Assembly: GCA_002269645.1 (NCBI GenBank)
Contig: NIVC01001204.1
Span: forward strand, 1 to 64,000
Length of the DNA stretch: 64,000 nucleotides
Direction of reading: 5' to 3'
DNA from: Macrostomum lignano
Lineage: Eukaryota
Positions 63,445 through 64,000 of this stretch are shown piece by piece. The notes under the pieces are model-generated. The model saw nothing but the letters and a program-made list of their open reading frames with translations. It ran no database searches and was not told the DNA's origin. A program made the position numbers and the translations under genes. Numbering within the stretch: the first letter of the stretch is position 1; every line of letters begins with the position of its first letter.

Positions 63445-63640
63445 TGGCTAGATTCTCAAGATTGATGTCTATCTTCATGTCTAGATTCTCAAGATTGATG
63501 TCTATCTTCATGTCTAGATTCTCAAGATTGATGTCTATCTTCATGTCTAGATTCTCAAGATTGATGTCTATCTTCATGTCTAGATTCTCAGGGTAGATGT
63601 CTATCTTTATGTGTAGATTCTCAAGGATAGACATCTAGGT
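63445..63640. repeat. 33-bp tandem repeat (ctagattctcaagattgatgtctatcttcatgt)
   Basis: Directly visible. Confidence 0.93.
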
Positions 63641-64000
63641 TCATATCTAATGTACGAGTAGATTATTAAATAGTTTTTCAAGTCTAACTTCCAGTCTATG
63701 TATAGATATCCTTCCTAGGAAAATTTGCCAATCTAGTAGATTATCTTGAAGAAATTGACGTAGGCAAATTTAAAATAGCACCAGTTTCTTCTTTGTTTTA
63801 AGTCGCATAATTTGTTTAAATTTGAGCCTGAGAAATATTATTTCATTGCTGGTCCTGTTCATTTGTTGCCGTTTTTTGTCCCTTTTCTCTTAATGCCAGG
63901 CACTCACCTGCTGCTATGCTCCGGCGCTGATTATTTGCTTTTGTTTGCTTTGCTTTTCCTGCTTCTGCTATAAACTGCTTTTAGTACATTCGTCTGTCTG

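Overview
Repeat-rich eukaryotic (invertebrate metazoan-like) genomic DNA. Bases 1 to about 14.8 kb hold the right-hand part of an integrated Polinton/Maverick (adintovirus-like) element. It encodes a packaging ATPase, adenain-type protease, protein-primed PolB, retroviral-type integrase, PLA2, a pX-like protein and a two-helix membrane protein; the capsid genes are not in the window. Most of its lesions are single-base indels in short runs, which may be assembly errors. Further along are Helitron-like elements carrying minisatellites, an RBPMS/cpo pseudogene fragment, and an RTE retrotransposon with a twin-priming-type 5' inversion and a 10-bp TSD. These are followed by decayed MULE-like and Crypton genes, a 4.2-kb foldback element with a 9-bp TSD, and many tandem arrays. 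Host genes: TMEM145-like exon(s), a two-exon GSI/lengsin-type glutamine synthetase-like gene, a mucin-like membrane protein, and an SPSB/gustavus gene preceded by a strongly CpG-depleted block. Family assignments rest on motif recognition from memory; no database search was run.
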